A stretch of 64,000 nucleotides of DNA from Octopus sinensis (lineage: Eukaryota). Made by a program: the position numbers and the translations under genes. Positions 50,516-64,000 of the stretch are shown piece by piece. The notes beneath the pieces were generated by a model. That model had not been told where the DNA came from. It saw only the letters and a program-made list of their open reading frames with translations, and did no database searches. The stretch lies in NCBI RefSeq assembly GCF_006345805.1, contig NC_043012.1, forward strand, positions 44,826,001 to 44,890,000. The letters are read 5' to 3'. Numbering within the stretch: position 1 is the stretch's first letter; every line of letters starts with the position of its first letter.

Positions 50516-52114
50516 TATATGTCTATGTAGAAATCCTTGTGTTGAATGACACGTGTCGTGAATTGCTTTACAGGATGAATATAAGGTGTTCTTATTTATA
50601 GGAGACACTTGCAATCTTTGTAGAAAAGGTGGTTGCTAGTTGTTGGCTAATTAAAAAAAAAAATAGTTGCTTTATGTCATTTAATGACATTGCTATTTTT
50701 GATATTCAGTATTCGATTTGCACAACTATTGTCATCTGTAATATTAATTTTCTACATATTCTGCAGAATTCTCGTCTATCTCTATATCTGCCACAGACCA
50801 AATTTGCCACCGTTAAAGTATTATTCCAAATATCAGAGAGACTATCAGCCTGATAAGACTGGATGCCAAAACAACTTCTTTAAAGCTACTTAGAAAACGA
50901 TAAAATTCCTATCACGATCTGAAACCATCACTTTTCCCGAAGCTTCCCTTACTTTAAAAGTTCTCTGAATTATAATACAGGACTTCTGCATAAAAAATTT
51001 GCTTCACCAACTCATACAAATGTTTTCAGAACGAATATCACAACTCGAATCTCACAACCCTGCTAAGAAATGACCACAACGTTAGAGTAGTGAAACCATA
51101 TTTGTGGTCGACCACGAGAAATAAATCGGCTTAAATACTTTTTTTGACGTACAATTACAAGTTAGCATAGCAATCCTTTTGTCTGCGTCAGTTGTGATAA
51201 ACGGAACAACATTACCATTGACGTTACTATTATATAGACTGACACCGATACACAGTTCATCTGTTGCATTCTTTTTTCGTCCCAAATGTGATATTTGCAT
51301 AAAATAGAAGTCATTTACTATATAAAAAATGTCAAACGGGAGCGAATAATACTTCATATCTTGATGACGAATTTGAGATTGCTTGGATACGTTCAGAATA
51401 ATGGATTTAGGAAGTTTATTGTTTCAAACAAACTACAAGGTTATTAAGATAGTTTAGTCGTCGTTTTTATCTGATGATGATCCAACAGCCGAGGAAAAAA
51501 TATATTAAAGAAAAATAAAAAATAAATAAAAAGAAGGATAGAAGAGAAAAAAACTGAAGAGTATTGGTCATTTATGTTCTATTGTGAACGAGGTGAGAGA
51601 AGAGTGAAAGTGAGAGAAATTAGATGTCTACTATATTGTGTAGAAATCCATGTACAAAATCGTGTCATGAATTGTGATACACGATGAACATAGGAAGAAC
51701 TTGCAATCATTGTTGTCTAATAAAAAAAAAATAATAAAACAAATTAAAAAAAATTAATTGTTTTATCGATACAAACCCACTCCAAAACTTAACATCGAAA
51801 TATCTCACTTACTTCCCTTTCTGACAGAGGGAATGAATTCTGTGTTATTGTATCAAATAAATAAAATGAGTTAGCATTCAAACAACTCAATAACAATGAT
51901 CTACGCACCAAATTTACAGGAACCACGCCAATCTAGAACGAGGATTTAATCAACCCAACCCGGATTAATATCTGCAACTGTCGTAAGCTCCCTATCAAGT
52001 TTAAAACCAATTTTGCCACTAGAAGTAGCAAATTTCCCACATTCTATCACCTTGTCAAAATAGATAAAGATGGCTACCTTAAGTATGCCCCTGTATAATA
52101 TCTCTAACCTTCTA

Positions 52115-52330
52115 AGGCGGCGATCTGGCAGAATCGTTAGCACGCCGTGTTAAAAAGTCCATAGCGGCATTTCGTCCGGTTTTACGTTCGGAGTTAAATT
52201 CGAGGTCGACTTTTCCTTTCACCCTTTTGAGGTTGATAAAATAAGTACCAGTTGAACACTGGGGTTGATGCAATTAACTTATTCGCTCCGGGAAATTGCT
52301 GGTCTCGTGCCAAAATTTGAACCAAATATT
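52115..52330 (+). mobile_element. SINE family A, diverged
   Basis: aggcggcgatctggcagaatcgttagcacgcc...gataaaataagtaccag. Confidence 0.8.
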
Positions 52331-52419
52331 TTAAATCTTTCCTGGACACCTCTGTGGCTCTGATGTGGCCATCCACCTAATGTATCAACTGAAACACAAT
52401 TCACCTAAAAGCAACAGAT

Positions 52420-52950
52420 ACGCATTCAGTCTTGATGTTGTCCTTTTCTCTCTATCTACACTCTAGAACCTAGCCTTCTGGATGTCTTTCTCCTGACCAA
52501 CTAATCTCTGCTGTTTCAATTTCACTGCTTCATCCACCCAGCAACTCCTGCATATCATTGTACACTACACTTACTTTAATTGGCTTGTCCGAACTCCTAA
52601 AAAGTGATAAAGTCTACCCATAGGATCAAGGCTGTCCACCTTACTGGCCATTAGTTGTATAAGCCAGTTGGGACGTTGTTCACTCAGTTACTAACAGACT
52701 CTTACTGTCTTCATCCTGTGATCTATTGAAGATACTGAGTTCGCTCCAGGGGAGTTGACATAACAGTTGAGTACTGTTCATGCAATGGATATATCCTGTA
52801 TAATCCGTGGCGATGTTTGATGATGATAGCTCCAATGCGCTTGATCCGTTCAAGGTCTGCAAGGTTGTTGATACAATCATCCCATTTGATGTTCATAACT
52901 GCTCTCAGTTTTTAATGATTTTGATGATGGAATCGTTCCAGTTTTCGAAT
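52420..52950 (-). mobile_element. Decayed RTE-clade LINE 3' fragment
   Basis: Minus-strand IRKLERFHH...LRAVMNIKWDDCINN...IGAIIIKHR resembles the post-RT region of RTE/BovB elements. Confidence 0.55.
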
Positions 52951-53529
52951 ATATATGTGTATTTATATAACTGAATACGATAGAATCAACAAGAAGTACG
53001 GTTAGACAGTTATTTTATAATCATTACTCCCGTTTCCATACAACATAGATCTTCATATAAACAGGGTTTAAATTATGCAATGATTTACCTGTATAATGGG
53101 ATCCAGTTCTTCAGGTCATATAGAATTACTGTCCCTGTTAGTTACAAAACCTTCGACTTCGATGCTAAAACACTCATCTGCCTCGTTTGAACTTAGTAAA
53201 CAACACATTTTCGCGTCTGTGTATTGAATGTGCCACCACCATCGATGTTTCTTTCTTTAACTCCGGATCTGGTGTCATTGTTGTTGTTGGAGTCGCTGCC
53301 GGTGCTGCAACGGAACCACCAGAATCACGTCTGGTGGTTCTGTTGCCGCTGGCGTAGCAGCTATTTCCGGTCGCAAAGTTAGTGTTACTGATGCCATCGT
53401 AACTGTTAGTATTGTTGTCTCCTCTGCTGCTTGAAGCGCTGCTGTTGCCACCGTCGTAGCTGCTACCATTGTTATCGTTTTTGCTGTTGTCGGCGGATGT
53501 GCCGTTGTTGCTTAGGCTGTTACTGAGGA

Positions 53530-53990
53530 TGCCTGTGCCGGCCATCATTTCAACCTCATACACGACCCCCTCGGCTTAGTATCGACCCCTCCCTCCACTG
53601 GAAAGCCATTGTACATCCTATATGAGCCTCTGCTCGCGACTTAGGGGTGCTCAATAAAATTTTCTTAACGTTGAGCGCGCAACTGAAGGATAACTTTAAG
53701 TTTTGCCTATTAAAATTCGTCTGTATCTGTGCGACTGTGTGATGTTTTTGCCAACAAATGTAAAGAATATTCTTCCCACGCAGGTTTTAACATCGAAATT
53801 ACGGTAGCGCTTCCTTTTGCAAGTGCCAAGGCCCGGAATATAGAGATGCAGTCCTTAAAACCATTGGACACCAGAGCCTCGTTGTAATAAGGGGCCGCGG
53901 CGTCGAAAAACTTGAGGACAGGTTCAAGATTTTGTTATTGACACTCTTCACCATGTTTCTGAATACGATAGGCGGGCGACAGTAGGCTGT
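53530..53990 (-). mobile_element. Second Penelope-like fragment (RT C-terminus to start of GIY-YIG)
   Basis: PPIVFRNMVKSVNNKILNLSS, FDAAAPYYNEAL, NRQNLKLSFSCALNVKKI and LSRGVVYEVE, colinear with 47776-48260. Confidence 0.75.
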
Positions 53991-54034
53991 GTTATTGTAG
54001 AACAACCTTCATTTCAAATTTGTATGTAATATAA

Positions 54035-54109
<75 letters not shown>

Positions 54110-54129
54110 CTATATATATATATATAATA

Positions 54130-55817
54130 ATATATATAATATATATATAATATTTACATACATATATGCATATATATACATACATACATACACACATACA
54201 CTTATATTTTTCCTTAATCTTGGATGTTACACAATATATATGTATATGTATGTAAATGTACGTATATATGTGCATATTTACACACATATATGCATATATC
54301 AACATGGAGACAGCAAATGTCTACACAGATACAAATGTTAGTGCAAAATTCCTTACTTAGAAGAGCATTTAAATTCTCTACAACCGAACTGCTGTGGAGG
54401 TCGTGAATTTGGGCTTGCGATCATTCTGATTTGACACTTCACACTGGCTCGACATGATTTGGCAACGGGGAGCAGTTTTTGTAGTCATATCCAGGAGTAT
54501 AAGTATCACCACGAGGACAGTAAAATCTTTTTAAAAATCAGAAACAAACCGCAAGCTTATAAACCCACAAAGAAGCTATTGTTGGTCGATATGGTTAATA
54601 AATACGATTGCAGAAGTGAAAGTTTAAATTTGATGCCTTCAAGTGTTATACGACAGCCTCCTGCTGGTTCACCAAGGAGAAATTGCGATTCACTGCACTG
54701 TACATCAGAAAACAAAATAGGGAGGAAAATATTTGTGGACAAGGTATATACACTCTAAAAATATAGACATAAAAATAGACGATTAATGATGGAAACAATG
54801 CACATAACATAGAAAATCCAAAAACGGAACACAAAGATTTTACTACTTAATAAAAATATATTTCTGGCAGTTGACGTACAACTCTAACGACCAAAATCCA
54901 AATTCCGGTCGAAATATGGCATTGGATCTACTTATAATAAAATTATCACCTCATCCTGAAGGTGAGGCTCTGAAAGTCTACAACAGCTGATGTCGGATTT
55001 GAGTACTTCAGTATTTCAAACACACTGCCAGAAACTTAGAAAATATGAAAAAGAAAGCAAACCATTGATAAAAAGCATAAAACTAGGACCTCGTGCATTC
55101 AGTACAGAATATCTAAAAGAAAATCTGTTCTCAAGTACATATATACATACGTACATACATACAGACAGACACACATATATCTTCAAAAGTTCACGAATCT
55201 TTCTAAAGACTTTTTTATGTTTTGTTTTATTTCCCATAAAAACGCTTTAAAAGTTAAAATCGAAACATTAATGCAGTTTACACATAAGAATCTATGTCGT
55301 CTGCTCCTAAACGAAATCTATGACGGCTGCTTCACTTTCTTCTCTTTCTACTTTTGAATGCTCTTACAAAAACTCATTTCGTATAAAACAAATGGAGGTC
55401 AAAGTTTTGTCTGCGATAAAATATATTTTTTGATTTTGAAATATCAATCGTCCGTTTACTTTGATTAACAGCCAGTAGTTCTTGTAAAATGAAATACACC
55501 ACATTTCATGCTTAACAGCACAACATCTTTTTAAGGAAAAAAATTGACGTGCATTGGCAAATAAGGAAGACGAAAGTAGAAAGAATGAGAAAAATGTAGA
55601 TAGAGTGGAATAAAAACAGTTCAAAATCGGATATTCTAGCATAAAAAAAACGAAAATTTTATTTCCACTGATTTACTTTTTCTATTTTTTTTTTATTCCT
55701 AAACAGTTTATCCATTTACTTTTACGTTTTTCTTTTATGTTTTCTGATCAAGGTGGACCTCTTGATTTATATAGATATATTTTGGTGTTTGTTAGAAGAC
55801 ACTGGCAAGCGTTAACT

Positions 55818-55863
<46 letters not shown>

Positions 55864-57671
55864 TATATATATATATTTATTCATGTATGTATGTCTATAT
55901 ATATATATGCATGTATGTATGTCTATATATATATATATATACATACACACACACATACATATATATATAATATATATATATAATATTTACATACATATAT
56001 GCATATATATACATACATACATACACACATACACTTATATTTATTCCTTAATCTTGGATGTTACACAATATATATGTATATGTATGTAAATGTACGTATA
56101 TATGTGCATATTTACACACATATATGCATATATCAACATGGAGACAGCAAATGTCTACACAGATACAAATGTTAGTGCAAAATTCCTTACTTAGAAGAGC
56201 ATTTAAATTCTCTACAACCGAACTGCTGTGGAGGTCGTGAATTTGGGCTTGCGATCATTCTGATTTGACACTTCACACTGGCTCGACATGATTTGGCAAC
56301 GGGGAGCAGTTTTTGTAGTCATATCCAGGAGTATAAGTATCACCACGAGGACAGTAAAATCTTTTTAAAATCAGAAACAAACCGCAAGCTTATAAACCCA
56401 CAAGAAGCTATTGTTGGTCGATATGGTTAATAAATACGATTGCAGAAGTGAAAGTTTAAATTTGATGCCTTCAAGTGTTATACGACAGCCTCCTGCTGGT
56501 TCACCAAGGAGAATTGCGATTCACTGCACTGTACATCAGAAAACAAAATAGGGAGGAAAATATTTGTGGACAAGGTATATACACTCTAAAAATATAGACA
56601 TAAAAATAGACGATTAATGATGGAAACAATGCACATAACATAGAAAATCCAAAAACGGAACACAAAGATTTTACTACTTAATAAAAATATATTTCTGGCA
56701 GTTGACGTACAACTCTAACGACCAAAATCCAAATTCCGGTCGAAATATGGCATTGGATCTACTTATAATAAAATTATCACCTCATCCTGAAGGTGAGGCT
56801 CTGAAAGTCTACAACAGCTGATGTCGGATTTGAGTACTTCAGTATTTCAAACACACTGCCAGAAACTTAGAAAATATGAAAAAGAAAGCAAACCATTGAT
56901 AAAAAGCATAAAACTAGGACCTCGTGCATTCAGTACAGAATATCTAAAAGAAAATCTGTTCTCAAGTACATATATACATACGTACATACATACATACAGA
57001 CAGACACACATATATCTTCAAAAGTTCACGAATCTTTCTAAAGACTTTTTTATGTTTTGTTTTATTTCCCATAAAAACGCTTTAAAAGTTAAAATCGAAA
57101 CATTAATGCAGTTTACACATAAGAATCTATGTCGTCTGCTCCTAAACGAAATCTATGACGGCTGCTTCACTTTCTTCTCTTTCTACTTTTGAATGCTCTT
57201 ACAAAAACTCATTTCGTATAAAACAAATGGAGGTCAAAGTTTTGTCTGCGATAAAATATATTTTTTGATTTTGAAATATCAATCGTCCGTTTACTTTGAT
57301 TAACAGCCAGTAGTTCTTGTAAAATGAAATACACCACATTTCATGCTTAACAGCACAACATCTTTTTAAGGAAAAAAAATTGACGTGCATTGGCAAATAA
57401 GGAAGACGAAAGTAGAAAGAATGAGAAAAATGTAGATAGAGTGGAATAAAAACAGTTCAAAATCGGATATTCTAGCATAAAAAAAACGAAAATTTTATTT
57501 CCACTGATTTACTTTTTCTATTTTTTTTTTATTCCTAAACAGTTTATCCATTTACTTTTACGTTTTTCTTTTATGTTTTCTGATCAAGGTGGACCTCTTG
57601 ATTTATATAGATATATTTTGGTGTTTGTTAGAAGACACTGGCAAGCGTTAACTGGACACACACACACACAG

Positions 57672-57703
<32 letters not shown>

Positions 57704-57798
57704 TATATATATATATTTATTCATGTATGTATGTCTATATATATATATGCATGTATGTATGTCTATATATATATATATATACATACACACACACATAC

Positions 57799-57830
<32 letters not shown>
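54130..57830. repeat. Near-identical tandem duplication, ~1.83-kb period, junctions in (AT)n
   Basis: Identical ORFs at 54224 and 56058, and matching ORF starts at 54990/56821 and 55737/57573. Differences are almost all homopolymer or microsatellite length. Confidence 0.95.
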
Positions 57831-57834
<4 letters not shown>

Positions 57835-58006
57835 CAAACACACATATAGACGTGTCGATCTGTATGTGCCTATGTGTACATATATTTATACATGTGTATA
57901 TATGTCTGCACGTGTGTATATATGTATGCATATATAAATAAATGTTCCAAGAGCACCGAAAATGCGCACATAACTTCACACGCAACATACAGTCACACAC
58001 ACGCAC

Positions 58007-58037
<31 letters not shown>

Positions 58038-58165
58038 AACAAACACATTGACTATTTATTAATTTTTATTGACCTCTCGTATAATCTGCTTCCTGTAATT
58101 CCAACCAATTTTTACTTTATTTTCACAATTTTTTTGAGTATGTATATATATATATGAAGAGAGAA

Positions 58166-58205
<40 letters not shown>

Positions 58206-59241
58206 AGTGAGAGGGAGAGAAAGATAAAGAGAGAAAGAGAAAGGAGAAAATGATCAAGTAGATAGAGTGATAGAGGCTGAGAGAAGGAGAGAGAGAGAGA
58301 GGTACTGAAAGGGTCAGTTGAAACATTGGAATAAAAGAAATTGCCTGGTACTTCAATACATCACTGTCTTGCTCCCAGAACTTAATTCCAGTCATTAACA
58401 TCTTCTTACCCTATAAAAATATTCGATTTTTTTTTGTTGACATAAAACTTTTGTTTGATAAGCCATAAAGAAATTACAACTATTTTCCTTTTCTATAATG
58501 AAAATGATTGGTAAAAATTGTTAGACAAACACATTTGAAGACACATGTTTTCGGAAGGTATTTATGTATATATTTTCTAAATGAATAAGTTTGTTAACAT
58601 TGTTCCATAGTTCTTAAGCTGCTGACTACTGGTATAACTGTGTTGAGCTAATTCTAAGTTTGGCATTGCGATACGTATCCTCAGACGAAAAAGGCAACAA
58701 GTAATGAGCACACCAAATAAATAAATACGGTAAAAATATTATTTCTTCTTGTTTCCTTAAGGCTTGACTATTCACATTTTGAAGCATTTCTTGAAATGTT
58801 TCTAAGCACAGGATATTGCTAAAAAAAAATTCGATTTTTTGAAGCAAAAATCAAAACTTTTCTTAGTCACTCATTTATACAGAGCGTAGTTTTGCCCCCA
58901 AATTGTTTTAGGACTCAATAAAAGATTATTAATTCTATAACTAGCAGAACCGCCTTCTTCACTCACTTGATGCTCTTAATTGGTGAGGCCGAGATTATCC
59001 CAGGTTCGTGGTCCCAGAGACGTCATCATGTGTTGAGCCGATGAAGTCCACCGGTGCCCTCCATTGTAGGCGCTCTCGTGCCGGCTCCTCTGTACCCTCT
59101 GTATCCCTCTATTGGGTCTGGTTTTGTTGTGGCGAGGAAGCTTGCGTTTTCTAAAGATCCGTTTGGAGCTTTGCTTCTGGTAAGGCCACCCCAGGTGGGC
59201 CTGTCTCCTGGGGGATGTTCCACACTAATGGTGACTCACGG

Positions 59242-59320
59242 CGTCAAGATGGCAGCCCTATCATCTAAGACAGCAGTCCCTCATCCAAGATGGCAGGCTG
59301 ATCATCCAAGATGGCAGCTT
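59242..59320 (+). repeat. Four ~20-bp units with core CAAGATGGCAG in a GC-richer island
   Basis: Units begin at ~59242, 59261 (degenerate), 59281 and 59302. Confidence 0.75.
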
Positions 59321-59834
59321 CGTCAACCGACTATTCTGCAGAGGACCAACAAAAAAACCTTCAACCTATTGCGATAGCGACCGGAAGAAACCAGACAGCC
59401 CAACATCTGAACGGGTTGACACAATCACATAGTTTTCTTTATTAGGGAGCGCTTTCACTTACGACTATAATCATCGTTACACGACCTCTAGTTTTGTACC
59501 GACTTGTGTGATATATTTTCAGTCTTTCGGGAATTTCTAGCAAGCTTGGTTTTCTAATTAAGTAGACTCATTATCTTCGTTAGAGGCAAATGGAGCATCA
59601 TTAATAGGATTCAATGTTGCTATTATAAGAAACCTAGCATTTTATTTCATAGATTGTTACACGGCCTGCTTAGAGTCATTTTTAAACATCGGTTTGTCAA
59701 ACTAAGTTAGCCAGTAACATTATCCTCAGATGGCGACTGCAGGTCGCATCTTATATCAATACATGAGAATCTTTTATGCCATACAATATGTTAATATCCT
59801 CCACATGCTGAATATATGATAAACGAATACCACA

Positions 59835-60075
59835 TGTATGTATGTATGTATGTATGTATGTATGTATGTATGTATGTATGTATGTATGTATGTATGTATG
59901 TATGTATGTATGTATGTATTCATTTATGTATGCGTATGTATGTATGTATTCATTTATGTATTCGTATGTCTGCGTGCGTGCGCGTGTGTGTTAGTGCGTA
60001 CGTGTGTGTGTGTGTGTGTGCAGGTGTGGTGTGTGTATGCAGGTGTGGTGTGGTGTGTGTGTGTGTGTGTGTAAC
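59835..60075. repeat. (TATG)n and (TG)n microsatellites
   Basis: Seen directly. Confidence 0.95.
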
Positions 60076-60196
60076 CTATCTTGTAGATTTATAAGCAGGG
60101 TTAGTTTACCTATTTCTCCGTAGAATAATGAACAACCTTATACCAATATTCCTTAAATGGTCACACATGCACACACTCATACACACATACATACAC

Positions 60197-60235
<39 letters not shown>

Positions 60236-62613
60236 CACCAATGTCCTTTAAAGGTTGATATTGACTTATGCTAAAAAAAGAATGTACGTAAACAGTAAGG
60301 TTACACTAAACATGTTGAACTGAAGATAGTATAATTCTTACGACAACGGATGTTGGCCCCGAAGAAATTAGTGATGCTGTACGTTGACACAATAAAAGCA
60401 ACCAGAATAAAAATGGAACAAATGGTTTATCACAGAGAAAAGGAGAAGGTAACCTTTTGGTTTCAGGCAGTATTCTTCATCGCACAGAGCTATCTGCTGA
60501 TGATACCAAATGCATAGACTGAGATTAATAATGGTCACAAAGCGAGAAACTCGTTGGAGAGTACAGCAATATGGGGGAGATAACCAACAAGAACGCAAAC
60601 TATTTGAAGAATTAGGTAGTCGTTGACGAGCTTGTAAAATGAGAAAGCAATGGAAGAAAAAGTAAATACATTACAGACTGCCGTCGCTTTTCAAATTTTC
60701 GACCATCGTTTAATATTTTTTCAAGTTTGCATACATTTTTGCCACTCCTCTCTTAGTTATAGTTCTCTCACATGATTTTTACTGCTCCCTATCAATCAAT
60801 TATCATACGCTTTTTCTCATATGTAACACGTGAACTATTTTTATTCATCTCTATTTCCTCTTTTCTTTCTTTTCTACTCCCAAACTATTTACTCTCCATC
60901 ATTAAAAATCACACTCTGACGAAGATACTTCTAACTCCTATAATATGCACACAGACATTTTGACACATAGTCTACATTGGAATGACTAAATAGTCACTGA
61001 ACAGTGTAGCAACCAAACTACATCAACAAATATCCGACCAACTATATTCCTTACAATAAGATATCCTTAGCAGTCATCTCTGTAATAATTTCAACAAAGA
61101 CTCTAAAAGTACAATCATCTGATAGGTATTCAAATATCTACGATGCAGTGTAGTAAATAAAGACAATATGCAGAGACACTGATTAAAATAACTTCGGTGC
61201 ATGGTTGACTAAACTATCATCTACACTTTCATCGTCATTTCCACCATCATACAACCAGGCAAAGTGAAGACTACATTAGCTACAAAAGAATTTTAAATTA
61301 CATTAGTAACGGCATTATTAAGAGCAACAATATCATATTCAATGACGTCAACTGCAAAATAACAACACAAGTAAGGACAATGCAAACAACATGAAAACAG
61401 TGTTCGACTTGTAAGTAACAGCAATTGATTCTACCTAAAAACACATCCTACAGTCTTATACCAGGTGGTACACATTAGACGAGGTATAAGAAATGATGGG
61501 ATAGTAAAAATCAAATGCTCAACCGGGTTTCAGCAATGGTTTAGCAACAACTGCAACAACGACAACGCGAACTTAATCACTTCGGTGACAATAACAACGA
61601 CAACACAAACAAATGATGTCTCAATCAACAAGAGCAACTGTGTCAGCGACAACAATAAAAATTTCTAAGATCTCAAAATCTCAAAATTGTGAGGAGAGAA
61701 CAGTCCCTAAAGGCATGAAAGGCAAAGTTGACTTCGGTGCGATTTGAATTCAAGACAAGACAGAACAAATACTGCATGGTATTCAGTCCAAAGATCTCGA
61801 TTGTCCTCAATAACATGAAGCAAAACTGACAAGAAACAACAATTAAGACAGCATAAAGATTACATTAGAAACAATAACGGAGAATATATTACAGACAACA
61901 TTACAGTTTCCGATACAAGAGGTCATTTAGTACGGTGATATCGTGCAAAGATCCACATTTCAACACTTGATGAGAGACAGAAACTCAAGAAGATAGTACA
62001 ATCTTCAGAAATCACAAAACCTAGTTGGATTTCTCAGGAGGCCAAGTTTCAAACTCAGCCTATCAAATAGTGTTGTGAACATTGCAATAAATACTCAGAG
62101 AACGCAAAGGCAGTGAATAACGATATTCACAAGAAATGCATATATTTGCGTCAATCACAATTTTCTGCATGTCTGCCTGATCATACATACATGCACACAC
62201 ATGTGTAAATGTAATGTGTATATGTATTGCATGTATATATACGCTGAATTCTTTCAGTACATTTCTGCATTCCTCTAACGGTAAGAAATCTTTGAGAAGA
62301 CGCAAAAATGTGTTGAAACCACTGTACTGTTGTCAGGTATTAGCACATTGATAAAAGAAATAATAACTGCACATATCAATGTATTGAATACATACATAAA
62401 TGCATGCCTGCATATACATGTACCCGTTGTTGTTGGTAAATGGTATATATATATATATACATACATACCATTTACCAACAACAGAGGGGGAAAAGATACT
62501 TATTTCCTGTCTCTATACGATACCTCGATTTTCCTACTCCGTTCTGTAATCGATAGCCACTACACACATTTTTTTCTCTCCTTGTTTCTCTCCTTGCTTT
62601 TTTTTCTGTATCC

Positions 62614-62649
62614 CTTTCTGTAGAAGAGCGTAGGCTCGAAACGTAAAAG
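62614..62649 (+). ncRNA. Minimal hammerhead-like motif in a solo PLE-type terminus
   Basis: CTTT-CTGTAGA-A-GAGC(GTAG)GCTC-GAAA-CG-TA-AAAG. All three stems are present; the core has T at the normally invariant A6. Confidence 0.5.
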
Positions 62650-62781
62650 ACTTTTTCTATTCCTGAGCGTTATACTAATATATCTGTTTGTTTTGTACAC
62701 CACATGGCTTCGTAAACTCTCCCTATATATATATACATACACACATATAAATATATGTATGTATGTATATATATATGTATA

Positions 62782-62960
62782 CTAGGTCTGATCAATAAGT
62801 ATCCGGATTGTTCTCATAGTAACAAAGCTAAAGCCCGCAGAGTGAAGCCGCTTCCAAAAGATTGACCTTCAACACTGTTGTGCATGCTCACCAAGCTTTA
62901 GCGTTGTCGCTCTATTCCGCTGTTTGCCGCAGTGCTTGAAAGGAAGATGTAAAGCGTTTG
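62782..62960 (+). mobile_element. Mariner-like left end fragment
   Basis: ta-ctaggtctgatcaataagtatccgga resembles a mariner TIR. The partner TIR was not found. Confidence 0.35.
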
Positions 62961-63023
62961 ATCGTCGCATTGACCATGACAGAGTAAGCTGTCATGGTGA
63001 TACCTGCTCAGAATTCTACGCAA

Positions 63024-63330
<307 letters not shown>

Positions 63331-63530
63331 ACCGCTAAATATTTCCTCTAATATGCTGACGAGGCTACCAGCTCTCCGCCCTTTGTTTTATAATTTTGCT
63401 GCAAGATCAGTAATTTCAGTGGATAGAGGTTAGTCGATACCCTCGATCCAGTACTTAACTGGTCGTCATTTTACCGACTCCGAAGGAACCGAAAGCAAAG
63501 TTGTCACCGATATGATTTGAACCAAAATAG

Positions 63531-63975
63531 GTGCAGGCGTGGTCATGTGGTAAGACGCTTGTTTCCCAACGACATGGTTCCCACTGTGCGACACCTTGGA
63601 GAAATGTCTCTTACCGACCAAAGCCGTGTGAGTGGATAGACAGAAACTGATAGATAGAAGCTGAATGCCTGTTGTGTGTGTGTGTTTGTGTACGTGTGAG
63701 TGCGCGTGTGTGAGTGTGTGTGAGTGTGCGTGTGTGTGTGCGTGTGTGTGTGCGTGCGCGTGTCTTTCTGTCTGTCAGTACCCTGCCACCGCTTGACAAC
63801 TAGTGTTGGTGTGGTTAAGCCTCCGCAATTTAGCGGTTCGGCAAAAGAGACCGATGGAATAAGTACAAGTGTTAAAAGAAATAAGTACGGGAGTCGATTC
63901 ATTCGACTAAAATTCTTCACTGAAGTGCCCCAGTTTGGTCACAGTCCAATAACTTAATCAGCGGAAATAAAAGTG
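63531..63975 (+). mobile_element. SINE family B, diverged
   Basis: Head, internal (TG)n and ttagcggttcggcaaaagagaccgat core. Confidence 0.8.
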
Positions 63976-64000
63976 ATGAAAGAGATACAAAGTGTTTATA

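Noticed and set aside
54360-54530. Cadherin-like words (TVLVVILILLD, NDRKPKFT) on the minus strand
   Set aside because: Lacks a proper DxNDNxP motif and spacing, and the frame is short and closed by stops.
58938-58965. actagcagaacc as a second Helitron 3' end
   Set aside because: No adjacent GC-rich hairpin and no matching 5' TC end found.
59242-59320. CRISPR-like array (also considered for 21953-22040)
   Set aside because: The units are directly adjacent minisatellite repeats without unique spacers, the context is eukaryotic and there are no cas genes.

Overview
AT-rich, microsatellite-saturated animal genomic DNA. The SINE families and repeat landscape look like an octopus/cephalopod genome; this is recognition from memory, not a database search. 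I find no intact host protein-coding gene. Nearly all long ORFs in the track are read-throughs of (AT)n, (CA)n, (CATA)n or trinucleotide arrays. Content: (i) many tRNA-derived SINEs of about four families, labelled A-D here; (ii) decayed transposons: Tigger/pogo, DD37D Tc1/mariner, mariner, hAT-like and long-TIR MITEs, a non-autonomous Helitron, Ty3/Gypsy, a Tx1/L1-like ORF1, RTE, two restriction-like-endonuclease LINE tails, and two Penelope-like elements (PLEs), one a well-preserved RT + GIY-YIG body at 46825-48950; (iii) probable decayed BTB-BACK-kelch sequence at about 24200-26700; (iv) a 100-N gap and several near-identical duplications that may be assembly artefacts. Two patterns stand out. 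First, about nine hammerhead-ribozyme-like motifs from several unrelated families, most arranged as outward-facing inverted pairs; one such pair sits in a Gypsy gag with a 15-bp target-site duplication. Second, long near-perfect palindromes (90, 487 and 2 x 559 bp) abut or centre on (AT)n tracts. All RNA folds and protein similarities were judged by eye.
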